Below are positions 36,930 through 49,722 of a DNA stretch of 54,842 nt, one piece after another. The position numbers and the translations under genes were made by a program. Within the stretch, counting starts at the first letter, position 1; the number at the start of each line of letters is the position of its first letter. A model generated the notes under the pieces. The model ran no database searches and was not told where the DNA came from. It saw nothing but the letters and a program-made list of their open reading frames with translations. Source of the stretch: Octopus bimaculoides (lineage: Eukaryota); contig NC_068983.1 in the NCBI RefSeq assembly GCF_001194135.2, positions 6,840,551 to 6,895,392 on the forward strand. The letters run 5' to 3'.

Positions 36930-38408
36930 AGGGGCAAGATAGCAGTTCCTCACTTTACCGAAAACTACTGTACATGCACGATGGAGTAAATTCCAGTAAT
37001 GACCACGTGATTTTAAATGCACGAGGGACTGTTTTTCAAGAACCAAATGTATTTCGATAATGTGGTTAATACACTCACCTGGTTATTGAAAGAATGTCTG
37101 TACTAATAAAAATGAAGTTTAGAGTTACATTCGATTAATTCATAATATAATTTCTGTTTAAAGTTGGTGTCCATGTGTAGCTAAACACAGCTTCTTAATG
37201 ACTTCAATCGGGCATTCATTACAAATGGCACAGTTACAGTTGAATTAATTATTGCATTAGAAGTCGCTCAGCACTTCTTATGGAACTTTCAAAGATTTTT
37301 TTTTTACATGCAGCACAGCTAACTAGAGAAAACGTTTGTCAAAGATGTATTTGAGGTCCATTGGAAGGATTTTGAATCAAGAAACTCTGTGGTTATGTTT
37401 GTTCTAACACTTACATTATATACAACATTGCGTTATATGTAATTTCCCGTTTCTTAAATTTGCACCGTGGAACATTAGTTACAAGTTCATAATTTATTCC
37501 TCTCTAAAAATCCACTGTTCCGAGCAGCAATATTGCATTACTAAGATGCATGAGAAACGTCGTTTCATTTAAATATAATTATGATATCCACTTACCATTC
37601 CTAAGGATCAATTTACGTAAAGCTCTTGATGCTTGGTTAGAACACGTTATACAGCAAAATTGTAAATTAGGCTTATGGTAAAGGCTACATTGTTTACCCT
37701 AGCGTCTGAAAATTTACAACAGTAAGATTAGTATCTACCAAAGTACGTACGCATATTTCATTTTAAAATCTTATAAGCACTTTCCTAAACCTATCAAACT
37801 CGTGTCCACTCTTGCTGTGGGTGGCAACCCATCGTCTCTATGAATTCCTTTTCTTCCTCGAGTATATGTTTTCTGAAAAATGTCTAGAATATAAAGCTTA
37901 AAACTTCATTCAACTATGCATATACGTTTAAAGAGACACCAGATAATTCGACCCCGTTTTTCTTGACCGCGGTGGAATAATCACAATAGAAGAGAGATTT
38001 TCCTGCAAACATAATTATATAACTATCGGATATGCTAACGACTTCTTTGCAAAGGCCAAAACTTTAAGAAGGCGGTTTGTGATAAAATAATAAAAATCAG
38101 AAAGGCCAAGTCGAGTAAATTTACAATTCTGCTGGTTGTAGACTCAGCAAAACGATTTTTGTACATTCATATTGTTGCTTAATAAGAGAAGGATATAATA
38201 TTTACTCTAAGAATAATCGTCCTTTACTTGCTAAGTGCTCCTAATTCAGGTTTTGCCGAGTTAATTAAGTGGTATTTATGGTTGCTAGTAAAATTCGATT
38301 TGTGGTCGTTAAGCGTAATATGTGATGTTCGGAAGGCTAGAGATTCAATGCTTTCATCTATATTAATTGTAGTAGCAATTCCTATACTCTCTCTATTTAG
38401 TGGTTCAA
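36930..38408 (-). mobile_element. Penelope-like retroelement relic (RT + GIY-YIG endonuclease), heavily decayed
   Basis: Minus frames: ITLNDHKSNFTSNHKYHLINSAKPELGALSK; DFYYFITNRLLKVLAFAKK; GIHRDDGL (RT active-site region); DTNLTVVNF; LYHKPN; RTNITTEFL; CNCAICNECP; KLYYELIECNSKLHFY*YRHSF...TLSKYIWFLKN (GIY-YIG-like). Confidence 0.8.
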
Positions 38409-38807
38409 GATATATATACATATGTGTATGTGTGCGTGCGTGTCCGTATGTGTGCGTATATATATATATATNNNNNNNNNNNNNNNNNNNNNNNNNNNNN
38501 NNNNNNNNNNNNNNNNNNNNNNNNNNNNNNNNNNNNNNNNNNNNNNNNNNNNNNNNNNNNNNNNNNNNNNNNNNNNNNNNNNNNNNNNNNNNNNNNNNNN
38601 NNNNNNNNNNNNNNNNNNNNNNNNNNNNNNNNNNNNNNNNNNNNNNNNNNNNNNNNNNNNNNNNNNNNNNNNNNNNNNNNNNNNNNNNNNNNNNNNNNNN
38701 NNNNNNNNNNNNNNNNNNNNNNNNNNNNNNNNNNNNNNNNNNNNNNNNNNNNNNNNNNNNNNNNNNNNNNNNNNNNNNNNNNNNNNNNNNNNNNNNNNNN
38801 NNNNNNN

Positions 38808-38854
<47 letters not shown>

Positions 38855-39154
38855 GTATATATATATATATATATATGTTAGCGATATTAGTGGACAACAG
38901 TTCAGTTTGTTATATGTTTCTTTGTCAAGGCTATAAATTTTTTTTCGTAGTATTAGATGAAACATTTATTTTATCACACATGCATATAAAGGCGGCGGCG
39001 GCGGTATCAATGGTCGTGAAGGATCTCCGTCGGTCGACGACGATGATGCCAGTTATTCGATCAACTGAATTATCTGCTCCTGTATTAGAATGTAAGTGGC
39101 TGAGTTTTCCACAGACACGTGTACTCCTAACATGATTTTAATCCTTTATCTTTT

Positions 39155-39510
39155 CTGTTATTATTTACTTGTTCCAGTCATTAGACTGCGGCCATGCTGG
39201 GGCACCGCCTCGAAGAATTTTTAGTCGAATGAATCAACCCCAATACTTTTCTTTCTTAAACCTGGTGTTTATTCTATCGGTTCCTACGGTCCAACGCAAC
39301 ACAGTAAGATTGATAAGGCTGTACCTTTAGAATTACTGGTACAATCTATCTGATGGTCTTCTCTACATTTTCCGACTAACAAATTTCACTCACAGGATAT
39401 GGGTCGAAGATATAGAGAATGATGTTGCCCAAGATACCATTCAGCGGAATTGAACCCGGATCTCGTGGTTGGGAAGTAAGCTTTTTAACCGTTCGGTCAG
39501 TCTGCTCCTG
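39155..39510 (-). mobile_element. SINE family A, diverged; C1 tail fragment just upstream (~39020-39131)
   Basis: gactgcggccatgctggggcaccgcc and ttgcccaagatacc...gaacccgg; ccacagacacgtgtactcctaac matches the C1 tail. Confidence 0.7.
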
Positions 39511-39520
39511 CCGTTAAATA

Positions 39521-39605
39521 TATGTATTATGTGTGTGTATGTATTATGTGTGTGTATGTATTATGTGTGTGTATGTATTATGTGTGTGTATGTATTATGT
39601 GTGTG
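39521..39605. repeat. 17-bp minisatellite (tatgtattatgtgtgtg) x5
   Basis: Visible tandem units. Confidence 0.92.
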
Positions 39606-39739
39606 CATGTATGTCTTCTGTTTTTAACTATTCAGATTCTTTCCCTGGGGAAGGAGCTGGTTTCTAACAAAGACACAAAGCTCCGTCGATGGAAGTAGAT
39701 AACAAGAACAATGTCACATTTTAAACTTGAGAAAAGTCT

Positions 39740-40270
39740 TGCATATTTTTACTGTTCCACTTATCCAGATTGCCACTTAGAGGATCTCAATGGGTCTGTA
39801 GCGATAGGGTCCTTTACTCAGTACCTTGGAGTAACAGCTTAAAATATACTCGAGAGTCCCTATCTTACATCATAGGGTGGTGGGGTCATGATGAGATTTT
39901 CAATAAAGTCCCCATGTAAATAAGCGGGCTGAAGAGGATATCGTAGACACCTAGAATGAAGACCTAGATCCTGTGCAGGTGTTCCACTCTCAGATGTCCT
40001 TCCATGTGACATTGCACTCCATCACCTGCTCCCACCTCATCTAGGCACCCTATTTCTTTATCTGCTAGCAGGAAGGAGAGATCGAAGCTAATGCATTAGG
40101 AGGTGCAAGCATTGAGGATCGTGTCGTATTGCATTGTAGAGCTTCCGAATCCGACCCTGTCCTGTGCCATACTTCCATGAAGGGCTTTGTGTTTTTGGTG
40201 CTCCACTGCTTGCTGCCTTTAACTTTCTCCCTGTTCAGCCAGCAATCCCGATACGAGATACATTGGTGTC
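39740..40270 (-). mobile_element. HERO-like (RLE) non-LTR retrotransposon relic
   Basis: Minus frames: LHGSMAQDRVGFGS; GA*MRWEQVMECNVTWKDI; HRI*VFILGVYDIL; GTLEYILSCYSKVLSKGPYRYR, paralleling the QGAWTRWE...GTLEHILS.C...GRY.WRH region of HERO ORFs. Clade assignment is from memory. Confidence 0.7.
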
Positions 40271-40944
40271 AGTGGACCTGTTGTTCGTATGTATATATGA
40301 GTGTGAGTTTTGACGTGGGTATCTATATAAATATACATACATGAACTTATGGGAGTAAATGTGGATTTGTTTGTGTATATATATGAGCATATACATTAGT
40401 ATAAATGATTATATACACTCATCTCAATATTTTTGTAGAAACACAAGATTAAAATCATTTATATTGCCTTTTTATTACATAACATTCATCTCCAATTTTT
40501 ATCGGATTTATATCAGCCTATCTTCTCCCAACTCTACACTCTGAATTTTCTTTCTCTTTTTTCTTTTTTCTTTTCTATTTTTCTTCCCTTCTTGTCCAAC
40601 TTACTATCTGGTAGCGTCCTAATCTCCAACGGTTTTTTCAAATGAATCACGTTNNNNNNNNNNNNNNNNNNNNNNNNNNNNNNNNNNNNNNNNNNNNNNN
40701 NNNNNNNNNNNNNNNNNNNNNNNNNNNNNNNNNNNNNNNNNNNNNNNNNNNNNNNNNNNNNNNNNNNNNNNNNNNNNNNNNNNNNNNNNNNNNNNNNNNN
40801 NNNNNNNNNNNNNNNNNNNNNNNNNNNNNNNNNNNNNNNNNNNNNNNNNNNNNNNNNNNNNNNNNNNNNNNNNNNNNNNNNNNNNNNNNNNNTATTATTT
40901 ATTAGGATAAAATAAATACATATAATTATATATATATATATATG

Positions 40945-41020
<76 letters not shown>

Positions 41021-42183
41021 GTATGTTGGTACAAACAGGGAAAATAGAACTCAAAATATGACTATAAGTATATCTTTTATTAATATTTAGCAGAAGCAAC
41101 AAAGTGACTCAAGGTCCAAGAGTGTCGTGTGTTGGTACTGTGCCACAACGCACGAAACTCTCGGACCTTGAGTCACTCTGTAGAAGACACTTGCCCAAGG
41201 TGCCACGCAGTAGGACTGAACTCAGAACCATGTGGTTGGGACGCAAGCTTCTTACCACATAGTCACGCACAATTTTTGAATGCGATGAAGATTAGTGTTC
41301 CCAACCGGATGTCCATTAGAGAAAGCAAAACAAAGACGCCATCTTAAACCCGCTTTTCACCAACCCCACTGAGACTGCCTTTCACTGTTTTGATATAAAG
41401 CCCTATATTTTAAAATGTTCGTACGTGAATTAAAATCTTCCATCATAATTTATGCAAGAGACTTTTGTTATGCTACAATCAAAAGATTAATAACGTAAAA
41501 AACGAGTTAGTTATTTTAGTAAATCCCGCCAAAAAACGTGATTATTTATAAAATTAATTATACCACTAACATGGCATAATTTATTAGTAATAAAGTATAA
41601 TAAAATATGATTAATAAATAGTGTAAGAATATTCTTTGAAAATTAATAAAGGAGCACCAGCGTGTGTGCTGCTATTGTAGTTTGTTTATATACTGAGAAG
41701 ACTACGATCAAAGGTATTCCAGCCATGACTATCCTAACATATTTTCATACATAGCGTAAATAAAAATACAATGTCGAATGCGTCATTACCTTTTTAAAGA
41801 TCTCAAGATATAATTCGAAGTAATCTTTGCGGTTATTTCTAGCATATCAAGCATGCCTAGATAGAGGCTTCATCTTTTTGTCGTTGTTGTTATTAAGTCA
41901 GCAGCCTAATTACCAAAGGCGCTCCAGTTATGACCTTTTTGCCTGGCACTGCATTGTCCAGCGTATTCTTTGTTTCCTATGACGATTCTCTATGATTTGA
42001 TAGGATTTGGCTGTTCACAGAGGAACCGTCGGTAATTTTGATTTCAAACTTCGACACCAAGCCAGTAATTTTGGGAGAAGGGGAGGGGTAAGTCGATTAC
42101 ACCGTCCTCAGTGCTCAACTGGTGTTTATTATGTCGACTCGAAATTATGAAAGAACTGTCTTTAATATTACTTTATTTCTATG

Positions 42184-42395
42184 GCAGTAAGCTGGCAGAA
42201 TCGTTAGCGCGCCGGACAAAATGCCGCTCAGCATTTTGTCCGTCCTTATGTTCTGAGGTCAAATGCTGCTAAGGTCGACTTTGCCTTTTATCCTTTTGGG
42301 ATCGATAGAAATGATTACGAATTGAGCACTGGGGTTGTTGTAATCGATTTTCTCCCTCCCCTGAGCTTGCTGGCCTTGTGCTAATGTTACAATAT
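42184..42395 (+). mobile_element. SINE family B, diverged
   Basis: agctggcagaatcgttagcgcgccggacaaaatgc...gtcgactttgcctttatcc. Confidence 0.8.
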
Positions 42396-42659
42396 TGTTG
42401 TTGCTGTTGCTTAGATACAGGTCAACATTGATCAAGCAGTTACTGTGCTCATCTCGTTTTAAGACCAGATTATTTAATATGCTCTTCCCATTTTAAAGAA
42501 TGTAAAGCATGGTTCGAGGGAGATTAGGCTTATATTTCTAGCAAATTCAGGACTTCATAGAGATATCGTTGACTTTGGTTTATAATCAGCTGATGATAAT
42601 ATTATTATCAAGAATTCGAAGATGATAAAAATGTTTTTTAATGTTACGTATCGTATGGC

Positions 42660-43170
42660 AAGTCGCAGGCATGGTTGTGAGGTTAAGAAGCTCGCTTTGC
42701 AACCAAGAGGTTTCTGTTTCAGTCCTGGTGTCTTCCACTATAGTCCCGGACGACCACTATCATGTAAGTGAATTTGGCGGCTGGAAACTGTGTAGAATCC
42801 CATTATATGTCTGTCTGTCTGTATGTATGTGTGTATGTATGCTTGTATGCGTGTGTGTATGTATGTATATATGTATGTATGTATGTGTGTATATGTGTGT
42901 GTGAGTGTCTGTGTGCGTGTGTGTGTGTCAGTGTGTCTGTCTGTGTGTGTATGTGTGTGCCTATGTGTGTTTTTGTGTCAGTGTTTGTCACCCCATCTCT
43001 ACCTCTGGTTTTAGATTGCTTATAGCGGTTCGCCAAAAGAAACCAATAGAATAAGTACCAGATAAAAAAAAAAAAGCTAAGTTCCGGGACGGTTTATCTG
43101 ACTAAAACCCTTCAAGGCTGTGCCCCAGCATGGCCGCAATCCAATGACTGAAACAGTTAAAAGATAAAAG
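42660..43170 (+). mobile_element. SINE family A, diverged
   Basis: Head gcaggcatggttgtgaggttaagaagc; tail ccccagcatggccgcaatccaatgactgaaac. Confidence 0.8.
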
Positions 43171-43191
43171 ACAGTAACTGAAATACTGTAG

Positions 43192-43217
43192 ACCGGAAAT
43201 GCATAAAACCGGAAGTG
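43192..43217 (+). promoter_or_regulatory. Tandem ETS-type motifs
   Basis: accggaaat (43192-43200) and accggaagtg (43208-43217). Motif match only. Confidence 0.25.
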
Positions 43218-43969
43218 TCTGAGATCGAAAAACAATTAAGCCAACGATTTTGTTACAAAGACGGTATTGGAAAAAAATTACGCACTCACAGTATACACCT
43301 CGTATATGTATATCAAATACATGATATCATTTAGTTGGTAAAGATATACGTCTTTATATCACACATGCATACATGGTCACACACACGCATGTGTACACTT
43401 ACGTAATCATCTCACTAACATATGTATTTATAGCATAACATCGCCAATAGAAACTTTATGAATGGCAAAATACAAACCAGAAATCAATACGGCACAAGTG
43501 AAACAAACTACGAAGTAATGTTACGAAGAGTAAACCGTTAAACAAGTTTATATGCGACGATGGTGATTTTATCACTTACGGTATCATTGCCATGATCTTT
43601 TGCAGCTAACTACAAAACGCATCGACAATGCATCACTAGCATCATTCTTGAAATATTAATGGAAGTTATTGTTTTAAAGTAAACGTTACAAGAAAAAAAG
43701 AAAAAAGAGCAAAAAGTATTGAATTTTAGCACAGATTTGTCTACAAATGTGTTTCTGATAAACAGAAAAACACACACAAACACATACACACGCGCACAGA
43801 TATATACACACTCATACACACACAACACACACATATACGTATTCACACTTATGCGCACATACACATATATATACATATATTTATATCAATATCTATCTAT
43901 AAATGTACCCACATATCTATGTGGGCATGTGTGAATGTGTGTGTGCGCGCGTGCGTGTGCGTGAGTGTG

Positions 43970-44010
<41 letters not shown>

Positions 44011-44884
44011 NNNNNNNNNNNNNNNNNNNNNNNNNNNNNNNNNNNNNNNNNNNNNNNNNNNNNNNNNNNNNNNNNNNNNNNNNNNNNNNNNNNNNNNNNN
44101 NNNNNNNNNNNNNNNNNNNNNNNNNNNNNNNNNNNNNNNNNNNNNNNNNNNNNNNNNNNNNNNNNNNNNNNNNNNNNNNNNNNNNNNNNNNNNNNNNNNN
44201 NNNNNNNNNNNNNNNNNNNNNNNNNNNNNNNNNNNNNNNNNNNNNNNNNNNNNNNNNNNNNNNNNNNNNNNNNNNNNNNNNNNNNNNNNNNNNNNNNNNN
44301 NNNNNNNNNNNNNNNNNNNNNNNNNNNNNNNNNNNNNNNNNNNNNNNNNNNNNNNNNNNNNNNNNNNNNNNNNNNNNNNNNNNNNNNNNNNNNNNNNNNN
44401 NNNNNNNNNNNNNNNNNNNNNNNNNNNNNNNNNNNNNNNNNNNNNNNNNNNNNNNNNNNNNNNNNNNNNNNNNNNNNNNNNNNNNNNNNNNNNNNNNNNN
44501 NNNNNNNNNNNNNNNNNNNNNNNNNNNNNNNNNNNNNNNNNNNNNNNNNNNNNNNNNNNNNNNNNNNNNNNNNNNNNNNNNNNNNNNNNNNNNNNNNNNN
44601 NNNNNNNNNNNNNNNNNNNNNNNNNNNNNNNNNNNNNNNNNNNNNNNNNNNNNNNNNNNNNNNNNNNNNNNNNNNNNNNNNNNNNNNNNNNNNNNNNNNN
44701 NNNNNNNNNNNNNNNNNNNNNNNNNNNNNNNNNNNNNNNNNNNNNNNNNNNNNNNNNNNNNNNNNNNNNNNNNNNNNNNNNNNNNNNNNNNNNNNNNNNN
44801 NNNNNNNNNNNNNNNNNNNNNNNNNNNNNNNNNNNNNNNNNNNNNNNNNNNNNNNNNNNNNNNNNNNNNNNNNNNNNNNNNNNN

Positions 44885-44939
<55 letters not shown>

Positions 44940-45758
44940 TATTTTGGTCTTTCCGTTTTAAGACACGCAGGTGAATTACAGATGGAAGTATTTTGTTGAT
45001 GACATTGGCATTCACGAGGAGCAAAAGTTTATGTACTGCACAGTACACACACACACACACACACACACACAACACACACACACACACACACGCATATACA
45101 TACACGCAAATACGTACGCGCACACGCATACGCACACATATACATCCCTAATGCAATACTAACGTTGTATTTGAAGACTAAATTGTACTACAGAATATAC
45201 ATACATATAGCTGTGACTAGTTTTGCATAGAGGCAGTTGTGCAGTACACACACACACACACACATGACTTTTATTTGCTTTAGTCAGTAGATTGCGGTCA
45301 TGCTGGGGCACTGCCTTGACTTTTTTTTATCATTATGTGAGTATATGCATATCTACATGTATATATAGATGCATATCTGGGTAAAGGACGTCATAAAAAA
45401 AACGTAAACAAAATGAAAAACAGGACATAAACAGAGCACAGAAAACAAACAGGCCACATAGAGAATATTTCCTTCATCAGCTGCCCCTATTCTAAACTAA
45501 GCGTTTCGAAGAATTAGAGCAGGACGCATGGTTAGAATAGTTCTTCCCGCGGAAACAAATTAAATTAAGTTTGTAATGCGGAGGAATAGTGGCAAACAGA
45601 AAACACGACAGGAAGAGGAAACAGTGAAAATAAGCAAGAAGGGCTGTAGGCCAGACGTGAAAGAATATCTGTATACTGAACGCTGTGATGTGACGAACTC
45701 AAAGGATGAGAGAAGTTCGTGCTAGCTTGGCAGTAGCCAAGAGAAGAAGGAGGGCAGT

Positions 45759-45910
45759 AGCGGTATTTCGTCCATCATTATGTTCTGAGTTCGACTTTGC
45801 TTTTCATCCTTTCGGGGTCGATAAATTAAGTACCAGTTGCGTACTGGGGTCGATCTAATCGACTGGCCCCTCTCCCAAAATTTCGGACCTTGTGCCGAGA
45901 GAAGAAAAGA
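45759..45910 (+). mobile_element. SINE family B, 5'-truncated (tail type 2)
   Basis: gcggtatttcgtcc...aagtaccagttgcgtactggggtcgatctaatcgactggcccctctcccaaaatttcggacc. Confidence 0.85.
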
Positions 45911-46155
45911 AAAGAATATTCTTTAACCATGTTGCTCATTATTATGATGACCCACTGAAAGTCAATAGCTTCAAAGATAAAATGTATTACATACAGAACA
46001 GCATTGATATTTATAAGTATGGAAACAGAAAACAAAATATCACATGGTATAATCGTCATTAAAGATGGTGCAGATACCAATTATATCGGAATTTATTTGT
46101 GAATTTGTTTTTCTGGGGAAAGGGAGAGAAGTTTTGTAAAATTCGCACGAATCGG

Positions 46156-46614
46156 CGAATTTGTTTCTTCATAACTTTCAGAAAAATGAATATTTTTAAA
46201 ATGAAATTTTCTATTAATTACCATTCAGATGGTGTTCATTATGACTACATCAGAATTTAATGTAAAAAAGAGAAATTGGGGGGCGCACATACAAACATAC
46301 ATACTGATGTTTTTCAACATTTAAAGTTTCCTTTTGTAGATATATGTTAGCATATATTTGTGTGCAATCGCTGAAACACTAAATTCCAATATAATCGTAA
46401 TATACTATGTCTGAAAGGTATCTGTAGAAAATTTCATTAAAAAAATACTTGTAAAAGTTATAAAGACACAAAGCCAACTTCTGTGAATTATCCAAAAGAC
46501 ATCTCCATCCCATTCCGAAAACTTTTTCGCCACCAATTCCGATACAACCACAATTTAAAAATGGATATTAAAGAAAATATCCATTTTTCTGAAAGTTATA
46601 AAGAAACAAATTCG
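46156..46614. mobile_element. MITE-like element bounded by ~39-bp inverted repeats
   Basis: gaatttgtttcttcataactttcagaaaaatgaatattt (46157) versus revcomp of 46575-46613 at 37/39; a second internal inverted copy lies at ~46410-46465. Confidence 0.75.
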
Positions 46615-46619
46615 GGGTA

Positions 46620-46849
46620 TACTCTTTACTCTTTTACTCTTTTACTCGTTTCAGTCATTTGACTGCGGCCATGCTGGAGCACCGCCTTTAGTCGAGCAAA
46701 TCAACCCCAGGACTTATTCTTTGTAAACCTAGAACTTATTCTATCAGTCTCTTTTGCCGAACCGCTAAGTTACGGGGACGTAAACACACCACCATCGGTC
46801 GTCAAGCGATGTTGGGGGGACAAACACAGACACACAAACATATACACAC

Positions 46850-46884
<35 letters not shown>

Positions 46885-47040
46885 CAACAACGGGTTTCTT
46901 ACAGTTTCCGTCTACCAAATCCACTCACAAGGCTTTGGTCGGCCCGAGGCTATAGTAGAAGACACTTGCCCAAGATGCCACGCAGTGGGAAAGAACCCGG
47001 AACCATGTGGTTGGTAAGCAAGCTACTTAGCACACAGCCA
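46620..47040 (-). mobile_element. SINE family A, full length
   Basis: Near-identical in reverse to 30674-31085. Confidence 0.95.
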
Positions 47041-47183
47041 TGGACACACTTGTATATGCATGCTAATTATATATTTATAAATCCATGGTGTATGTAGATA
47101 CCTTTTGATGTGTATCGTTTGAAATCTTGTAAGGTTAAGTTTAATGACAGCCAAAAGATGTGTGACGTCATGGTGTCTCTTAT

Positions 47184-47568
47184 GTTGGCACTCCGTCGCT
47201 TACGACGTCGAGGGTTCCGGTTGATCCGATCAACGGAACAGCCGGCTCGTGAAATTAATGTGCAAGTGGCTGAGCACTCCACAGACACGTGTACCCTTAA
47301 CGTAGTTCTCGGGGATATTCAGCGTGACACAGAGTGTGACAAGGCTGACCCTTTGAATTACAGGCACAACAGAAACAGGAAGTAGGAGTGAGAGAAAGTT
47401 GTGGTGAAAGAGTACAGTAGGGTTCGCCACCATCCCCTGCCGGAGCCTCGTGGAGCTTTAGGTGTTTTTCGCTCAATAAACACTCACAACACCCGGTCTG
47501 AGAATCGAAACCACGATCTTATGACCGCGAGTCCGCTGCCCTAACCACTGGACCATTGCGCCTCCACA
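47184..47568 (-). mobile_element. SINE family C1, full length, with 11-bp TSD
   Basis: TSD gtgtctcttat at 47173-47183 and 47569-47579. Confidence 0.95.
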
Positions 47569-47590
47569 GTGTCTCTTATATAACATATAA

Positions 47591-47635
47591 ATATTTAGGC
47601 TGGTCAGGGATATTTAGGCTGGTCAGGGATATTTA
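47591..47635. repeat. 19-bp tandem duplication (atatttaggctggtcaggg) x2.4
   Basis: Visible. Confidence 0.95.
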
Positions 47636-48006
47636 TGGTAACTGTTGCTTAGGCCTGTATCGGTCTTGTCCGAACAACTCTATGATCAAAAAATGTCCAA
47701 CCTTGACAATCCAGTCCTTTTTTCCAGGTATAAACACGATTCGGATGAACGACTTGTAAATGCGAGTGTGTCCTTTAAGGGAGATTGATTTAGTTGCTGC
47801 TTCTAGTATGTCATGCGATCATGTAAGGGCTCTTTTGTTGGCTCGTGTTCTAAGGAGGAGTTATTGGTGAGGAGTTAGTTTATTGCAGAACGTGAATCAT
47901 GAGAAATATTGTTTATATAAAGCCTCATTGTAAGGAGTTAGCTCTAAACATCACACAAATACAATTTATGTATTTATGTGTGCATCTCTCCACCCCTCTC
48001 TCTCTC

Positions 48007-48063
<57 letters not shown>

Positions 48064-48689
48064 NNNNNNNNNNNNNNNNNNNNNNNNNNNNNNNNNNNNN
48101 NNNNNNNNNNNNNNNNNNNNNNNNNNNNNNNNNNNNNNNNNNNNNNNNNNNNNNNNNNNNNNNNNNNNNNNNNNNNNNNNNNNNNNNNNNNNNNNNNNNN
48201 NNNNNNNNNNNNNNNNNNNNNNNNNNNNNNNNNNNNNNNNNNNNNNNNNNNNNNNNNNNNNNNNNNNNNNNNNNNNNNNNNNNNNNNNNNNNNNNTATAT
48301 AAGCCGTTAATACGAAGAGACACCTACTGAAATGAATATAAAAGACATCAATGCGTGCGCGCCCGGGTGTGAGCGTTTCAACATTTTAGTTTATGTTCCA
48401 ATATCTCTTCGTATTTATAGTATTTATATATATCTCTCTCTTTGTATGTTATGACTCTAAACCTCTAAATCTGATTCTTTTAACTTTTATTGATTGAGTT
48501 CTCTCGCAAATCGCTTTTTATGTGAACGAAATATTTATCCATTGATTTACCACACACACACATACACACACACTTACACTTACCACATACGCACACACAC
48601 ATCTATTCTTTTATGCGTTTCAGCTCAAAGGTTGTGGCTATACTGGGGCACAAACAATATTTTCACCTTTCAATGACCATTCTTTTGTG

Positions 48690-49350
48690 ATCGGTTGGCA
48701 TTTGGTGAAGGAGGGAGTTCGACATTGCTTCGCTTTTGTTTAGAGTTTCATCATGTAGGCTCATCTGGGACCTTATACAGCCGGAGGTCAAGTTGCTTCT
48801 GGAAAACATCTCGCTCCACTCAATGTAGATCACCCAGATTTTTGGCAATGTATTAAACAGTTGTGGGCCTTTGAATCCTGAGGTATTGCAGTACCTGGCC
48901 TTCACTCTAGACGGGATGGGTAGGACATTTGTTACAATGCACTGACGTCCATTTCAGAGACTGGTGCAACTCTCGATGCCAAAGGCTTGGTACCGATCCC
49001 TCTAGGCTCTGCCATATGTATATCACTGCGTACTTCTCCCGTCTTTACCCCAGAGAGTATAGTCGTAGCTCTTTCATTCACTCAGCTGTTTCATTGATAC
49101 AATCTTTCTAGTGTCGCACCTCTGAACTGCCTCGAGTTCCGCCATTAATTTGACACTGTGGAATGACCATAGTTGAGAGCAGTAGTCCAGATGCCTAGGG
49201 ACATAGACCCTGCACAGTTTTCGGGTCCTTTGTTTTGAAAGTATTCACCATCCATCCGGTAATTCGCCTGCACATTGCTACCATCTTGGTAATATGTACA
49301 TAAAACGAGCCGTCGTTCCTCATATCAATTCCTAGATCTCGCACTGTGTT
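48690..49350 (-). mobile_element. CR1-type LINE ORF2 3' relic
   Basis: TVRDLGIDMRNDGSFYVHITKMVAMCRRITGW; MKELRLYSL; RREKYAVIYIW; RYCNTSGFKGPQLFNTLPK; KVPDEP (frameshifted). Confidence 0.88.
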
Positions 49351-49371
49351 TGACATGGTCACCATAAAGCG

Positions 49372-49615
49372 TGAAATTAACAGCAGAACTTGAGGCAATC
49401 CAATTTCAGTACACATAAAAGATTGACCTATTACAACGGATGCCATGATATTTCTTTGTAGAAGATCTTTACGATTCAACTTTGGGATTGAAAGCTATAC
49501 CACCCACAGAACTGGACATCACTGTATAGTAACAAAGATCACTCCCTCTCCATCTAGAGTAAAAACCCAATACTGTAACAGCTTAGGGTTCAAGACTTTC
49601 AATTCCCTGATCAAA
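49372..49615 (+). mobile_element. Second CR1 ORF2 fragment, opposite orientation
   Basis: LTAELEAIQFQYT*KI; NFGIESYTTHRTGHHC...SRVKTQYCNSLGFK. Confidence 0.8.
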
Positions 49616-49722
49616 AGGCTAATACATAATATAAATACACCTCATCTTAGACATACAGGATCGTGCGGTCTTATTTATCCTTGAATGTATCCACAATTTA
49701 CAGCTCGCAGATCTCTGAGGCC

